A model generated the notes under the pieces. It worked only from the letters and a program-made list of their open reading frames with translations. It was not told where the DNA came from and did no database searches. A program made the translations under genes and the position numbers. This document shows, one piece after another, positions 1 to 9,776 of a DNA stretch of 64,000 bases (position 1 is its first letter; every line of letters begins with the position of its first letter). The DNA comes from an uncultured Chloroflexia bacterium (GTDB taxonomy: Bacteria; Chloroflexota; Limnocylindria; Limnocylindrales; CSP1-4). The stretch is from positions 169,024 to 233,023 of the forward strand of contig CAVVNQ010000002.1 of NCBI GenBank assembly GCA_963749705.1. Reading direction: 5' to 3'.

Positions 1-1
1 G

Positions 2-403
2 GATCTGGAGCTGTACGACCTCGTGGCGCGCGCCCAGCAGGCGTCGATCGATGCCATCGCGGCGTCCGTCGCCGCCGCCGTCCGCGACGGCACCCCGGTC
101 ATCACCGGTCGCGCGGCCGACGCCGCCGCGCGGACCGTCATCCAGGCGGCCGGCCACGGCGAGCACTTCGGCCACGGCACCGGGCACGGGATCGGGCTGG
201 CGACCCACGAGGAGCCCGGGCTGCGGGAGAGCGGCGCCGCGGTGCCGCTGCCGAGCCCGACCGTGTTCTCGGTCGAGCCCGGCGTGTACCTGCCCGGCGA
301 GACCGGGATCCGGATCGAGGACCTCATCCACCTCGACGCCGGGCGGGGCCTGGTGGAGCGGCTGACGGCATTCCCGCGCGACGTCCTGGTGCTGCCCGCC
401 TGA
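2..403 (+). CDS. Xaa-Pro aminopeptidase/dipeptidase (peptidase M24B), C-terminal fragment; 5' end lies outside the window
   Basis: Frame is open to the window edge. M24 metal-ligand region HFGHGTGHGIGLATHEEP and SVEPGVYLPGETGIRIEDL. Confidence 0.85.
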   Translation, partial: DLELYDLVARAQQASIDAIAASVAAAVRDGTPVITGRAADAAARTVIQAAGHGEHFGHGTGHGIGLATHEEPGLRESGAAVPLPSPTVFSVEPGVYLPGETGIRIEDLIHLDAGRGLVERLTAFPRDVLVLPA

Positions 404-548
404 GCTCGCCGCGCGGCGCTCGCGCTGGACGGTGGTCCCGGGACGCCGGGGCGGCTCTGGTACGATCGGGAGCACTGTCACCGCGTCTGAGATCCGGTGT
501 TCGCCTGCCTCGCGGACCCGTGACGCCCATCCGGGAGCACCAGCCCAC

Positions 549-1106
549 ATGATCAGCACCGGCGAGCTGCGCAAGGGTGTCGTCATCGAGCTTGACGGCG
601 ACCTGTGGCAGATCCTCGACTACCACCACATCAAGATGGGCCGTGGCTCGGCCCAGGTCCGGATCAAGCTGCGCAACGTCAAGAAGGGCAGCACGGTCGA
701 GAAGTCGTTCCAGGCCGGCGACCGCTGGCCGCGCGCGCAGATCGACCGGCGCCCGGTGCAGTACCTCTACCGCGACGGGGACGATCTCCACTTCATGGAG
801 ACCGAGTCGTACGAGCAGTTCAGCCTGCGGGCCGAGACGCTCGACGATGCGATCGGCTTCCTCAAGGAGGGGATGACCGTGGATCGCACCTCGTACCAGG
901 GCGAGACGCTGGGGATCGAGCTGCCGGTCACCGTGGACCTGCTGGTCCAGGAGACCGAGCCCGGCTACGCCGGCGATACCGCTCAGGGCGCCCGCAAGAA
1001 CGCAACGATGGAGACGGGCCTCGTGGTCACCGTGCCGCTGTTCGTCAACGAGGGCGACACGCTGCGCATCGACACTCGCACCGGCGAGTACCAGACCCGC
1101 CTCTAG
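549..1106 (+). CDS. efp: Elongation factor P
   Basis: MISTGELRKGVVIELDGDLWQILDYHHIKMGRGSAQVRIKLRNV... is full-length EF-P-like. ATG at 549 lies inside the longer ORF 432..1106. Confidence 0.97.
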   Translation: MISTGELRKGVVIELDGDLWQILDYHHIKMGRGSAQVRIKLRNVKKGSTVEKSFQAGDRWPRAQIDRRPVQYLYRDGDDLHFMETESYEQFSLRAETLDDAIGFLKEGMTVDRTSYQGETLGIELPVTVDLLVQETEPGYAGDTAQGARKNATMETGLVVTVPLFVNEGDTLRIDTRTGEYQTRL

Positions 1107-1136
1107 CGGGGTCGCGACGGCCGTCGAGATGGCGCG

Positions 1137-2663
1137 ATGAGCCGCACCCCCGAGCCGCCCGAGTGGGCGCTGCCGTCCTGGGACACGCTGCCCGACGATC
1201 CCGAGGCAACGCCGGCGCGGCGTCAGGCCGTGCCCGGCGGAACGTTCGGGCTTCGGGTCAGGACCGTGTCCGAGGTCAGCCGGGCCATCCGGGAGCGGAT
1301 CCGCGCCGACGACGGGCTGCGCGACGTGTGGGTCGAGGGCGAGGTCGGGCGGGTCACGGTGTCCAGCGCGGGGCATGCGTACTTCACGCTCAAGGACGCG
1401 CGCGCCCAGCTCCAGTGCATCTGGTTCCGTGACGACCGGGTGCGGTCGCCGTTCCAGCCGCAGACCGGGCTCCAGGTGGTCGCCCACGGCCGGGTCGACC
1501 TGTTCGAGCCGCAGGGCGCGCTCCAGCTGTACGTCGATGCGATCCAGCCGTCGGGGTTCGGCGACCTGGCCATCCGGTTCGAGCAGCTCAAGGCTCGGCT
1601 GTCGGCGGAGGGCCTGTTCGACGCCGCCCGCAAGCGGCCGCTGCCGTCGAGGCCGCGCACGATCGCGGTGGTCACCTCGCCGACGGGCGCCGTATGGCAG
1701 GACGTGTGCAACGTCCTGGCGCGTCGATGGCCGATGGCGCGCGTCGTGCTCGTCGCGTGCAAGGTCCAGGGTGACGGCGCCCCCGAGAGCATCGTCCGGG
1801 CGCTGCGCCGGCTCGAGCGCTGGATCGGCCAGCAGGGTTCCGGCCAGGGTCCCGGCCCGGACGGCGACGCGCCCGCGGTGACGATCCTCGCGAGGGGCGG
1901 CGGCTCGCTGGAGGACCTGTGGTCGTTCAACGACGAGCGCGTCGTCCGCGCGATCGTGGCCCATCCGGTTCCCGTGGTGTGTGGGGTCGGCCACGAGGTC
2001 GACGTCACCCTCGCCGACTTCGCCGCGGACGTCCGGGCGCCGACGCCCTCGGCCGCGGCGGAGCTCGTGGTGCCGGACCGGGTGGAGGCGACCGGCATCG
2101 TCCGCGCGATCGGCCAGCGGGCCGAGGGCTCGGTCACGAGGCGCGTCGGGGCGGCGCGGCGGGACGTCGACGCGGAGCGGCGCGCGCTGCTGCGTCTCGA
2201 GCCGCGGGCGCAGCTCGCGGCGTCCCGCGAACGGGTCGGGCTGGCGCTCGACCGTGCCACCCGGTTCCTGGCCACCCGGCTGGAACGGGACCTGCGGCGC
2301 CTGGAAGAGCTGGGCGGCCGCGCCCCACGGATCATCGACCGGCGGATTCGGTCCGCATCCGCGGGCCTGGCCGCCGCGACGGCGTCGCTCGGTGCGCTCG
2401 GTCCGCAGGCCACGCTGGACCGGGGCTACGCGATCGTCCGCCGATCCGCCGATGGGGCGATCGTGCGGGACCCCCGCCAGGCGGCTCCCGGGACGCGCCT
2501 GTCGCTGGCCCTGTCCCGGGGCGCCCTCGCGGCCACCAGTGACGGCCCGGCCGATCCACCCGGGATGGATGATCCGCTGGGTATGATCGTGCCCGGACGA
2601 GCGGCGGCGGTGGGATCATCCGACGCCGCCGATGCAGGTCCCGCAGCGAAGGAGCACCCGTGA
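1137..2663 (+). CDS. xseA: Exodeoxyribonuclease VII large subunit, with a C-terminal low-complexity extension
   Basis: OB-fold N-terminus VSEVSRAIRERI...VWVEGEVGRVTVSSAGHAYFTLKD. 4-nt overlap with xseB. Confidence 0.93.
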   Translation: MSRTPEPPEWALPSWDTLPDDPEATPARRQAVPGGTFGLRVRTVSEVSRAIRERIRADDGLRDVWVEGEVGRVTVSSAGHAYFTLKDARAQLQCIWFRDDRVRSPFQPQTGLQVVAHGRVDLFEPQGALQLYVDAIQPSGFGDLAIRFEQLKARLSAEGLFDAARKRPLPSRPRTIAVVTSPTGAVWQDVCNVLARRWPMARVVLVACKVQGDGAPESIVRALRRLERWIGQQGSGQGPGPDGDAPAVTILARGGGSLEDLWSFNDERVVRAIVAHPVPVVCGVGHEVDVTLADFAADVRAPTPSAAAELVVPDRVEATGIVRAIGQRAEGSVTRRVGAARRDVDAERRALLRLEPRAQLAASRERVGLALDRATRFLATRLERDLRRLEELGGRAPRIIDRRIRSASAGLAAATASLGALGPQATLDRGYAIVRRSADGAIVRDPRQAAPGTRLSLALSRGALAATSDGPADPPGMDDPLGMIVPGRAAAVGSSDAADAGPAAKEHP

Positions 2664-2938
2664 CGGACACGACGGCACAAGGCGCCTCCGTGCTCCCGGT
2701 CGGGGAGCTCGCCTACGACGACGCCTTCGCCGAGCTCCAGCAGGTCGTCGCGACCCTGGAGGCGGGCGGCCAGACGCTGGAGCAGACGATCACGATGTAC
2801 GAGCGGGCGGTGGCCCTCCAGCGGCGCTGCGAGCGCCTGCTGGCCGAGGCAGAGCTCCGTGTCCAGCAGCTGATGGCCGCACCGGGCGGCGGTCTGGCCG
2901 CCGTCGACGTCCGGCCCGAGGACGCTGCCGAGGAGTAG
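2660..2938 (+). CDS. xseB: Exodeoxyribonuclease VII small subunit
   Basis: LAYDDAFAELQQVVATLEAGGQTLEQTITMYERAVALQRRCERLL. GTG start overlaps the xseA stop. Confidence 0.93.
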   Translation: MTDTTAQGASVLPVGELAYDDAFAELQQVVATLEAGGQTLEQTITMYERAVALQRRCERLLAEAELRVQQLMAAPGGGLAAVDVRPEDAAEE

Positions 2939-3125
2939 GGGAGCGGCCGGACCGGGCGCCGCCCGGCGACCCCGATCGGGCATCGTGCTACCATCGGATA
3001 TCACATAATCTCGAGCGGATCCCGCGGCATCGCGAACCGCTTCTCGCGTACTCTCGAACCTTTCCAGCGCCCGCAGGGCGCCCGACCAGCATCACCGCCG
3101 GGTCCAGCCGGCCGTCACAGGCGGC

Positions 3126-5336
3126 ATGTTCCCCGAGCAGCAGGAGCCGATGTCCGTGCCGATCCTCGATCGTCTCCAGGACCCCGCGGAGCTCCGCGGG
3201 CTGTCCGATCCGGAGCTGGCGCAGCTCGCCGCCGAGATCCGGGAGACGATCATCCGCACCGTCGCGGCCACCGGCGGCCATCTCGGCTCGTCGCTGGGCG
3301 TGGTCGAGATCACGCTCGCGCTGCACCGCCTGCTCGAGTCCCCGCGCGACCGGATCGTGTGGGACACGGGGCACCAGGCGTACGCGCACAAGCTGCTCAC
3401 CGGGCGGCTGGACCGGTTCCACACCCTGCGCCAGATCGACGGTGTCGGGGGCTTTCCGCGGCGCGCCGAGTCGCCGCATGACGTGTTCGACGGCGGGCAT
3501 GCGGGCACCGGGCTCTCGATCGCCCAGGGTCTGGCCACGGCGCGTGATCTCCGGCACTCGATGGAGCGGGTCGCGGTCGTGGTCGGCGATGCCGCGCTCC
3601 TGTCCGGGCTCAGCCTCGAGGCGCTCAACGACATCGGGCACCGCCAGACGCAGCTGCTGATCGTGCTCAACGACAACGAGATGTCGATCAGCCCGTCGGT
3701 CGGCGCGCTGTCCAAGTACCTGTCCGAGATCAAGCTGTCGGCCGCGTGGCGGCAGGGCAAGACCGCGTGGGACTCGGCGACCGAGCGGATCCCGCTGGTC
3801 GGGCCCCGGCTGCTCGAGCTGTCGCGCCGGTTCCGGCAGTCGGTCGTCTCGTTCGCGCAGCCGGGCCAGCTGTTCGAGGACCTCGGGATCACGTACGTCG
3901 GGGTGATGCCGGGCCACGATCTCCACCTGCTCGAGGAGACGTTCCGCCGCGCGCTCGCGCTCAACGGGCCGGTGATCGTCCATGTCCGGACGCAGAAGGG
4001 CAAGGGATATCGGCCCGCCGAGACGGACCAGGTCTCGTTCCACGGTGCCGCGCTGCCGCCGATGACGCTGGCGCCCGCCACGGACATGCACGACCGCCTG
4101 GGTGCCGCGACGAATGGCAGCAACGGCGATGCGATGGCGTCGTCGGCCGCGACCGGCTCCGCCGTGACCGCGTCCCGCGACGCCGAGGAGGGCGCCCCGC
4201 CGTCGGCGTCGGTGATGGCGGACCGGCGGAGTCCCGTGCACAACGCCGAGGGCGCCGCCGAGCCGTCGGCGATCCCCGCGCCCGCGAGCGACGCGAAGAA
4301 GACGCCCAACTACACCGCGTTCTTCTCGCGCGAGCTCGTCGCGCTCGGGGCGGAGGACCGCCGGATCGTGGCGATCACCGCCGGCATGCCCACCGGAACC
4401 GGGCTCGCCAAGTTCCAGCAGGCGTACCCGGACCGGTTCATCGACGTCGGCATCGCGGAGCAGCACGCCGTGACCCTGGCGACCGGCCTCGCGCTGGGTG
4501 GCCTGCGCCCGGTCGTCGCCCTGTACTCGACCTTCCTCCAGCGCGCGTTCGACCAGACCGTCCATGACGTGTGCCAGAACGACGCGCCGGTCGTGCTCGC
4601 GGTTGACCGTGCGGGCCTGGTCGGAGAGGACGGCACCAGCCACCAGGGGATGTTCACGCTGCCGGCCCAGCGCCAGCTGCCGCACCTCGTGATCGCGAGC
4701 CCGCGCGACGAGCAGGAGCTGCGGGCCCTGCTGCGCACCGCGTTCGCGCAGGACCATCCGTTCGCGCTCCACTACCCGCGTGATGCCGGCTTCGGCGTCG
4801 AGGAGCGGGATCCGGCGCCGCTCGCGATCGGCAGGGGCGAGGTCCTGCGCGAGGGCCGCGACCTGCTGTTCGTCGGGTTCGGCCCGATCACCCGGCGCGC
4901 CGTGGACGTGGCGGTGGCGCTCGAGGCCGACGGGTGGTCGACGGGCGTGATCAACGCCCGCTTTGCCAAGCCGCTCGACCGGCAGCTGATCCTCGACCAG
5001 GCGCGCGGCAAGCGGCTGGTGGTGACGTTCGAGGAGAGCGTCGTGACCGGCGGCTTCGGGTCCGGTGTGCTCGACGCGTTCGAGGAAGCCCGCGTCGCGG
5101 ACTCGTCGTATCGGGACGTGGCGGTGCGCATCATCGGCATCCCCGGCGACCGGTTCGTCGACCACGGCGCCGTGTCCGACCTCCGGCGGTTGATCCGGCT
5201 GGACGTGCCGGGGCTGACGGCACAGGTCCGCGAGACGATCGGGCAGCTGGGGATCACCCCGGGACCGGCACCCATCGGGGCCGCCGGCTCGCCGCCCGCC
5301 GCGCCCGCGACCAGGACCCGCCGCCAGCGCGACTGA
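3126..5336 (+). CDS. dxs: 1-deoxy-D-xylulose-5-phosphate synthase, with an expanded interdomain linker and a C-terminal tail
   Basis: GGHLGSSLGVVEITLALH, GHAGTGLSIAQG, GDAALLSG..NDN, DVGIAEQHAVT. The start could be the internal ATG at 3150. Confidence 0.95.
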   Translation: MFPEQQEPMSVPILDRLQDPAELRGLSDPELAQLAAEIRETIIRTVAATGGHLGSSLGVVEITLALHRLLESPRDRIVWDTGHQAYAHKLLTGRLDRFHTLRQIDGVGGFPRRAESPHDVFDGGHAGTGLSIAQGLATARDLRHSMERVAVVVGDAALLSGLSLEALNDIGHRQTQLLIVLNDNEMSISPSVGALSKYLSEIKLSAAWRQGKTAWDSATERIPLVGPRLLELSRRFRQSVVSFAQPGQLFEDLGITYVGVMPGHDLHLLEETFRRALALNGPVIVHVRTQKGKGYRPAETDQVSFHGAALPPMTLAPATDMHDRLGAATNGSNGDAMASSAATGSAVTASRDAEEGAPPSASVMADRRSPVHNAEGAAEPSAIPAPASDAKKTPNYTAFFSRELVALGAEDRRIVAITAGMPTGTGLAKFQQAYPDRFIDVGIAEQHAVTLATGLALGGLRPVVALYSTFLQRAFDQTVHDVCQNDAPVVLAVDRAGLVGEDGTSHQGMFTLPAQRQLPHLVIASPRDEQELRALLRTAFAQDHPFALHYPRDAGFGVEERDPAPLAIGRGEVLREGRDLLFVGFGPITRRAVDVAVALEADGWSTGVINARFAKPLDRQLILDQARGKRLVVTFEESVVTGGFGSGVLDAFEEARVADSSYRDVAVRIIGIPGDRFVDHGAVSDLRRLIRLDVPGLTAQVRETIGQLGITPGPAPIGAAGSPPAAPATRTRRQRD

Positions 5337-5397
5337 TCCACAGGCGCCGGCGCCGGCGATACATCCGGGTGGAGCGGGCTGTGCCACGATAGGCGCG

Positions 5398-6222
5398 ATG
5401 GGCGCCGCAACCTCACGTCGGATCCGGCTCGACCACCTCCTCGTGGAGCGTGGCCTGGCACCCACGCGCGCCCGGGCGCAGGCGCTGGTGCTGGCGGGCA
5501 AGGTCCGCGTCGGTGCCGGCGATTCCGGCCGCCGGGACCTCAAGTCCGGCGACATGGTCGATCCCGGCGCGGTGGTCGACGTCGATGCGGGCCGCCAGTG
5601 GGTCAGCCGCGGGGCGCACAAGCTGATCGCCGCGCTCGACGCCTTCGGCATCGACCCGGCGGGCCTTGCGTGCATCGACGTCGGGGCCTCGACGGGCGGG
5701 TTCACCGATGTCCTGCTGGCCCGCGGCGCGACCCGGGTGTACGCGGTCGACGTGGGCTACGGGCAGCTCGCCGAGCGGCTGCGCCGCGACCCGCGCGTGG
5801 TCTCGATGGAGCGCGTCAACGCCCGGACGCTGGGACCGGACACGCTCCCCGAGCCCGTCGACCTCGCGGTCGTCGACGTGTCGTTCATCTCGCTCGCCCT
5901 GGTGCTTGGGCCCATCCGCTCGGTCCTGCGCGAGGGGCGCGGCCCGATCATCGCGCTGGTCAAGCCACAGTTCGAGGCCGGCCGCGCGGACGCCAGGGGC
6001 GGCGTGGTGCGCGACCCGGAGGTGCACCGGCGCGTGCTGCGCGACACGGTCGGCACCGCTGCGGCATCGGGGCTCGGCACGCGGGCGGTGATCGCGTCTC
6101 CGATCCTGGGACCCGAGGGCAACCGGGAGTTCCTGGTCCACCTGGAGTCCGGTCCGTCGTGCGCGGAGGTCGGCGACCGCATCGACGAGGCCGTGTCGGC
6201 CGCATGGGAGGGGGCGTCATGA
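5398..6222 (+). CDS. tlyA: TlyA family rRNA 2'-O-methyltransferase (S4 domain plus FtsJ-like domain)
   Basis: RIRLDHLLVERGLAPTRARAQALVLAGKVRV and DVGASTGGFTDVLL. Conserved tlyA-nadK-recN order. Confidence 0.9.
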   Translation: MGAATSRRIRLDHLLVERGLAPTRARAQALVLAGKVRVGAGDSGRRDLKSGDMVDPGAVVDVDAGRQWVSRGAHKLIAALDAFGIDPAGLACIDVGASTGGFTDVLLARGATRVYAVDVGYGQLAERLRRDPRVVSMERVNARTLGPDTLPEPVDLAVVDVSFISLALVLGPIRSVLREGRGPIIALVKPQFEAGRADARGGVVRDPEVHRRVLRDTVGTAAASGLGTRAVIASPILGPEGNREFLVHLESGPSCAEVGDRIDEAVSAAWEGAS

Positions 6223-7061
6223 GCATCCGGCGGATCGGATTCGCGTACAACCCCACCATCGCGCAGGCGACCGAGCTCCGCGACCGCGCCGGCGAATGGT
6301 GCCGGTTGCGCGACATCGACCGCTGGGCAGCACCGGCCGGCGAGGTCGCCAGCCTGGTGGAGCAGCTGCCGGGCACCGATGTCCTGGTCGTCCTGGGCGG
6401 CGATGGGACGTTCCTGCGCGCGGCCCAGGCGGTGGCCGAGGTCGACGTGCCGATCCTGGGCGTCAACCTGGGCAAGGTCGGGTTCCTGTCGACCGCCGAG
6501 GCGCAGGACCTGGAACCCGTCCTCGAGCGGCTGGTCGCCGGCGAGTACCTGCTCCGCGAGCGGATGGCCCTGACCGGCACGATCCAGCCGGCAACCGGTC
6601 CCGCGACAACGGCGTTCACGGCGCTCAACGACATCGTCATCGCGCGCGGCGCGCTGGCGCGCGTCGTCCGGCTGGACGTCAACATCGACGAGTCGCACCT
6701 CGCGACCTTCGTCGCGGACGGCCTGGTGGTCTCGAGCCCCACGGGCTCGACCGGCTACTCGTTCTCCGCGGGCGGCCCGATCCTCGACCCGCGCAGCCGG
6801 AACCTCGTCGTGACGCCCATCGCCGGCTACCTGTCGGCGATCCGTTCGATCGTGGTGTCGCCGGAGCAGGTCGTCCGCTGCCGGGTGCTCGACGCGCTGG
6901 AGGCGCTGGTGTCGATCGACGGCCGCGAGGACTGGCCGATCCAGGTCGGTGACGTCGTCGAGGTCCGCGCCCTCGAGCGCCCGATCCGGTTCGTCGAGCC
7001 GCAGGGGGCGCTCCCGTTCTGGGACCTGCTGCGGACGAAGGTCGCGCTGCTGCCGTCCTGA
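6219..7061 (+). CDS. nadK: NAD kinase
   Basis: VLGGDGTFLRAA, GVNLGKVGFL, SSPTGSTGYSFSAGGPI. ATG overlaps the tlyA stop (ATGA). Confidence 0.93.
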   Translation: MSIRRIGFAYNPTIAQATELRDRAGEWCRLRDIDRWAAPAGEVASLVEQLPGTDVLVVLGGDGTFLRAAQAVAEVDVPILGVNLGKVGFLSTAEAQDLEPVLERLVAGEYLLRERMALTGTIQPATGPATTAFTALNDIVIARGALARVVRLDVNIDESHLATFVADGLVVSSPTGSTGYSFSAGGPILDPRSRNLVVTPIAGYLSAIRSIVVSPEQVVRCRVLDALEALVSIDGREDWPIQVGDVVEVRALERPIRFVEPQGALPFWDLLRTKVALLPS

Positions 7062-7063
7062 CC

Positions 7064-8791
7064 ATGGCCGTCGAACGTTCCCCTGATCACGCGGGCCGGC
7101 TGCTGGAGCTGGCGGTCTCGGACCTCGCCCTGATCGACCGGCTGCGGCTGACGCTGGCGTCCGGGTTCAACGTGCTGACCGGCGAGACCGGTGCGGGCAA
7201 GAGCCTGCTGATCGATGCCCTGGGCCTCGCGCTTGGGGCGCGCGCGGACACGACGCTCGTTCGCCATGGGGCGGAGTCGGCGCGCGTCGAGGCGCTGTTC
7301 GATCGCATCCCGGAGCCGCTGATCGCCGTCCGCGAGGTCTCCGGCACCGGGCGCTCGACCGCGCGCCTGGACGACGAGACGGTGACCGCCGGCCGGCTGG
7401 CGGCCGCGACCGGGAGCCTGGTCGAGATCCACGGCCAGCACGACCAGCAGCGGCTGCTCGACGAGGACTGGCAACGCGACCTGCTCGACGCCTACGGCGG
7501 GCACGGCACCGCTCGCGATCGCGTCGCGGCCGCCGTCGAGCGCTGGCGCGGCAACCGCGCGGCGCTGGTCGAGCTCGCCATGGAGCCGCGTGAGCTGCTC
7601 CGCCGGCTCGACGTGCTGGAGCACGAGGCGAGCGAGATCGCCGGCGGCCGGCTGCGGGTCGGCGAGGCCGCGGAGATCACCCGCGAGCTCGCCGCGGCGC
7701 AGCACGGCGAGGCGATCGCATCGGGGGCGGCCGAGGTTCGCGAGACCCTGCTCGAGGAGGGCGGCGGCGCCCGCGAGCGGATCGCGCGGGCCGCGCACGA
7801 GATCCGGACGCTGGCCCGGCTCGACGAGCGCTGGGCACCGCTGGTGGACCGGCTGGCCGGCGCGGAGGCCGAGATCGACGACATCGCCGCCGAGGTCCGG
7901 TCGCTCGCCGACACGGTCGATCATGATCCGGCAACCCTCACGCGCCTGGAGGACCGGCTGGGCGAGATCCACCGGCTGATCCGGCGCTATGGCGATGACG
8001 AGGCCGCGGTCATCGCCCACGGGGAGCGCGCGGCGGCCGAGATCGAGCGCCTGCGCGGGCTGGACGAGGAGCGGGCGCGGCGCGCGGCAGAGGACGCGCG
8101 CCTGCTGCTCGAGGTCGCGGACGCGGCAGCGTCGCTGTCGATCCTGCGCGCGGGCACGGCCGGCGAGCTGGGCGCGGCGGTGTCCTCGGTCCTGGTGGAG
8201 CTCGGCTTCCCGGCCGACGCGTTCCTGGTGGCGCTCGGCCGCCGGCCGGCGGCCCGGGACGATGCCGCGGTCGAGGTGGACGGGGATGCCGTCGCGTTCG
8301 ATGCCACCGGGATCGACACGGTCGTGTTCCGGTTCCGGCCCAACCCGGGCGAGCCCGCCCAGCCGCTGGCCCGGATCGCCTCGGGCGGCGAGCTGTCGCG
8401 GGTGGCCCTCGCGGTCAAGCAGGTGCTGGCGGCGGTGGACGAGACGCCCACGCTGGTGTTCGACGAGATCGACGCCGGGATCGGGGGGCGCAGCGCGGAC
8501 CCGGTCGGCCGCTCGCTGTGGACGCTCGCCCGCGAGCACCAGGTGCTGTGCGTCACCCACCTCCCGCAGATCGCGGCCTACGCCGATGCGCACTACCGGA
8601 TCTCGAAGGGAGCGCGCGACGGTCGGACGGTGACCGAGGTCGTCCGCCTGGATCGGGCCGACCGCGAGGCCGAGCTGGCGCTGATGATCGGCGGTGCCGG
8701 CGGTGGTGAGGCGGCGCGGCTGTCGGCGCGCGAGCTGCTCGACCGGGCCGAGGCGTGGACCGGGAGCCGGCCGGCCGACGTGCCGGCCTGA
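7064..8791 (+). CDS. recN: DNA repair protein RecN
   Basis: N-terminal Walker A NVLTGETGAGKSLLIDAL, coiled-coil middle, C-terminal SGGELSRVALAVK...LVFDEIDAGIGG. Confidence 0.95.
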   Translation: MAVERSPDHAGRLLELAVSDLALIDRLRLTLASGFNVLTGETGAGKSLLIDALGLALGARADTTLVRHGAESARVEALFDRIPEPLIAVREVSGTGRSTARLDDETVTAGRLAAATGSLVEIHGQHDQQRLLDEDWQRDLLDAYGGHGTARDRVAAAVERWRGNRAALVELAMEPRELLRRLDVLEHEASEIAGGRLRVGEAAEITRELAAAQHGEAIASGAAEVRETLLEEGGGARERIARAAHEIRTLARLDERWAPLVDRLAGAEAEIDDIAAEVRSLADTVDHDPATLTRLEDRLGEIHRLIRRYGDDEAAVIAHGERAAAEIERLRGLDEERARRAAEDARLLLEVADAAASLSILRAGTAGELGAAVSSVLVELGFPADAFLVALGRRPAARDDAAVEVDGDAVAFDATGIDTVVFRFRPNPGEPAQPLARIASGGELSRVALAVKQVLAAVDETPTLVFDEIDAGIGGRSADPVGRSLWTLAREHQVLCVTHLPQIAAYADAHYRISKGARDGRTVTEVVRLDRADREAELALMIGGAGGGEAARLSARELLDRAEAWTGSRPADVPA

Positions 8792-8808
8792 CGGCGGGGA
8801 CGGATCGC

Positions 8809-9762
8809 GTGGCGACGACCCTCGACGGTGCGATCGAGGGGTACCTCGCGTACCTGCGCGTGGAGCGCGGCGTAGCCGATGCCACGATCACCGCGTACCG
8901 GGCGGACCTCACCGACTTCGCGATGAGCCGCGGGGCCGCCCGCGACTGGGCGAGCGGGCCCGAGGTCGCGCAGCGCTACCTCGCCGCCCGGGCTCGCCGT
9001 GGCCGGCCCAACGACCCGGGCCTCGCCCCGACCAGCCTCCGGCGGCGCGCGGCGGCGATCCGGGGCTTCTACCGCTTCGCGTACGGCGACGGGGTCATCC
9101 CGGTCGATGTCGCGGCGCACCTCGACCTTCCCCGCCAGCCGCGGCTGCTGCCCGAGACGCTGACCGTGGCCGAGGTCGAACGGCTGCTGGAGGTCACCGG
9201 CGGAGCGGTGCCCACCGGCGGGTCGCCCACCGATGCCGAGGGCATCGCCGTGCGCAACCGGACGCTGCTCGAGCTGCTGTACGCGGCGGGCCTGCGAATC
9301 TCCGAGGCGCTCCAGCTCGATCGCGGCGAGGTGTCGCTGGACGGCGGGTTCGTGCGCGTGATCGGCAAGGGCGATCGCGAACGCCTGGTGCCGGTCGGCG
9401 ACATCGCGCTCGAATGGCTGTCGCGCTACCTGGCGTGGCCGCGGGCCGCCTGGCTCGGGTCGGCCGGGGTCGCGGACGCGCCGGGCGCGCCGCTGTTCGT
9501 CACCGCGCGCGGCCGGCGGCTTGGCCGCCAGCAGGCATGGGCGATCGTCAAGGCGAGCGCCGCGGCTGCCGGGCTGGATGGCCGCGTCTCACCGCACACG
9601 CTTCGGCATTCGTTCGCGACCCACCTGCTCGAAGGGGGCGCCGACCTGCGCGTCGTCCAGGAGCTGCTCGGACATGCCAGTATTTCCACGACCCAGCTGT
9701 ATACGCACCTGACCGGGGAGCGCATCCGCGAGGTCTACGCCCGCGCGCATCCGCGGGCCTGA
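8809..9762 (+). CDS. xerD: Tyrosine recombinase XerD (chromosome dimer resolution)
   Basis: LDGAIEGYLAYLRVERG..., catalytic HTLRHSFATHLLEGGADLRVVQELLGHASISTTQLYTHL. Start is uncertain: GTG 8809, or ATG 8755 overlapping recN. Confidence 0.88.
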   Translation: MATTLDGAIEGYLAYLRVERGVADATITAYRADLTDFAMSRGAARDWASGPEVAQRYLAARARRGRPNDPGLAPTSLRRRAAAIRGFYRFAYGDGVIPVDVAAHLDLPRQPRLLPETLTVAEVERLLEVTGGAVPTGGSPTDAEGIAVRNRTLLELLYAAGLRISEALQLDRGEVSLDGGFVRVIGKGDRERLVPVGDIALEWLSRYLAWPRAAWLGSAGVADAPGAPLFVTARGRRLGRQQAWAIVKASAAAAGLDGRVSPHTLRHSFATHLLEGGADLRVVQELLGHASISTTQLYTHLTGERIREVYARAHPRA

Positions 9763-9776
9763 GGAGGTTCGGGGCG

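Noticed and set aside
324-1994. 556-aa minus-strand ORF spanning efp and xseA
   Set aside because: It is antisense to two well-supported genes. The translation is Arg/Pro/Ala/Gly-rich low complexity, typical of stop-codon-poor antisense frames in very high-GC DNA.
4050-4301. DXS insertion as a possible mini-intein
   Set aside because: It has no Cys/Ser/Ala-start block A, no TxxH block and no terminal HN. The sequence is low-complexity Ala/Ser/Gly linker.
2988-5705. 905-aa minus-strand ORF
   Set aside because: It is entirely antisense to dxs and tlyA, has no recognisable motifs and shows an extreme Arg/Pro/Gly bias. It is a high-GC artefact.
8809-9762. Tyrosine recombinase as a marker of an integrated mobile element
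   Set aside because: The sequence and context (recN upstream, scpAB downstream) fit chromosomal XerD. There are no flanking att-like repeats, phage genes or tRNA junction.
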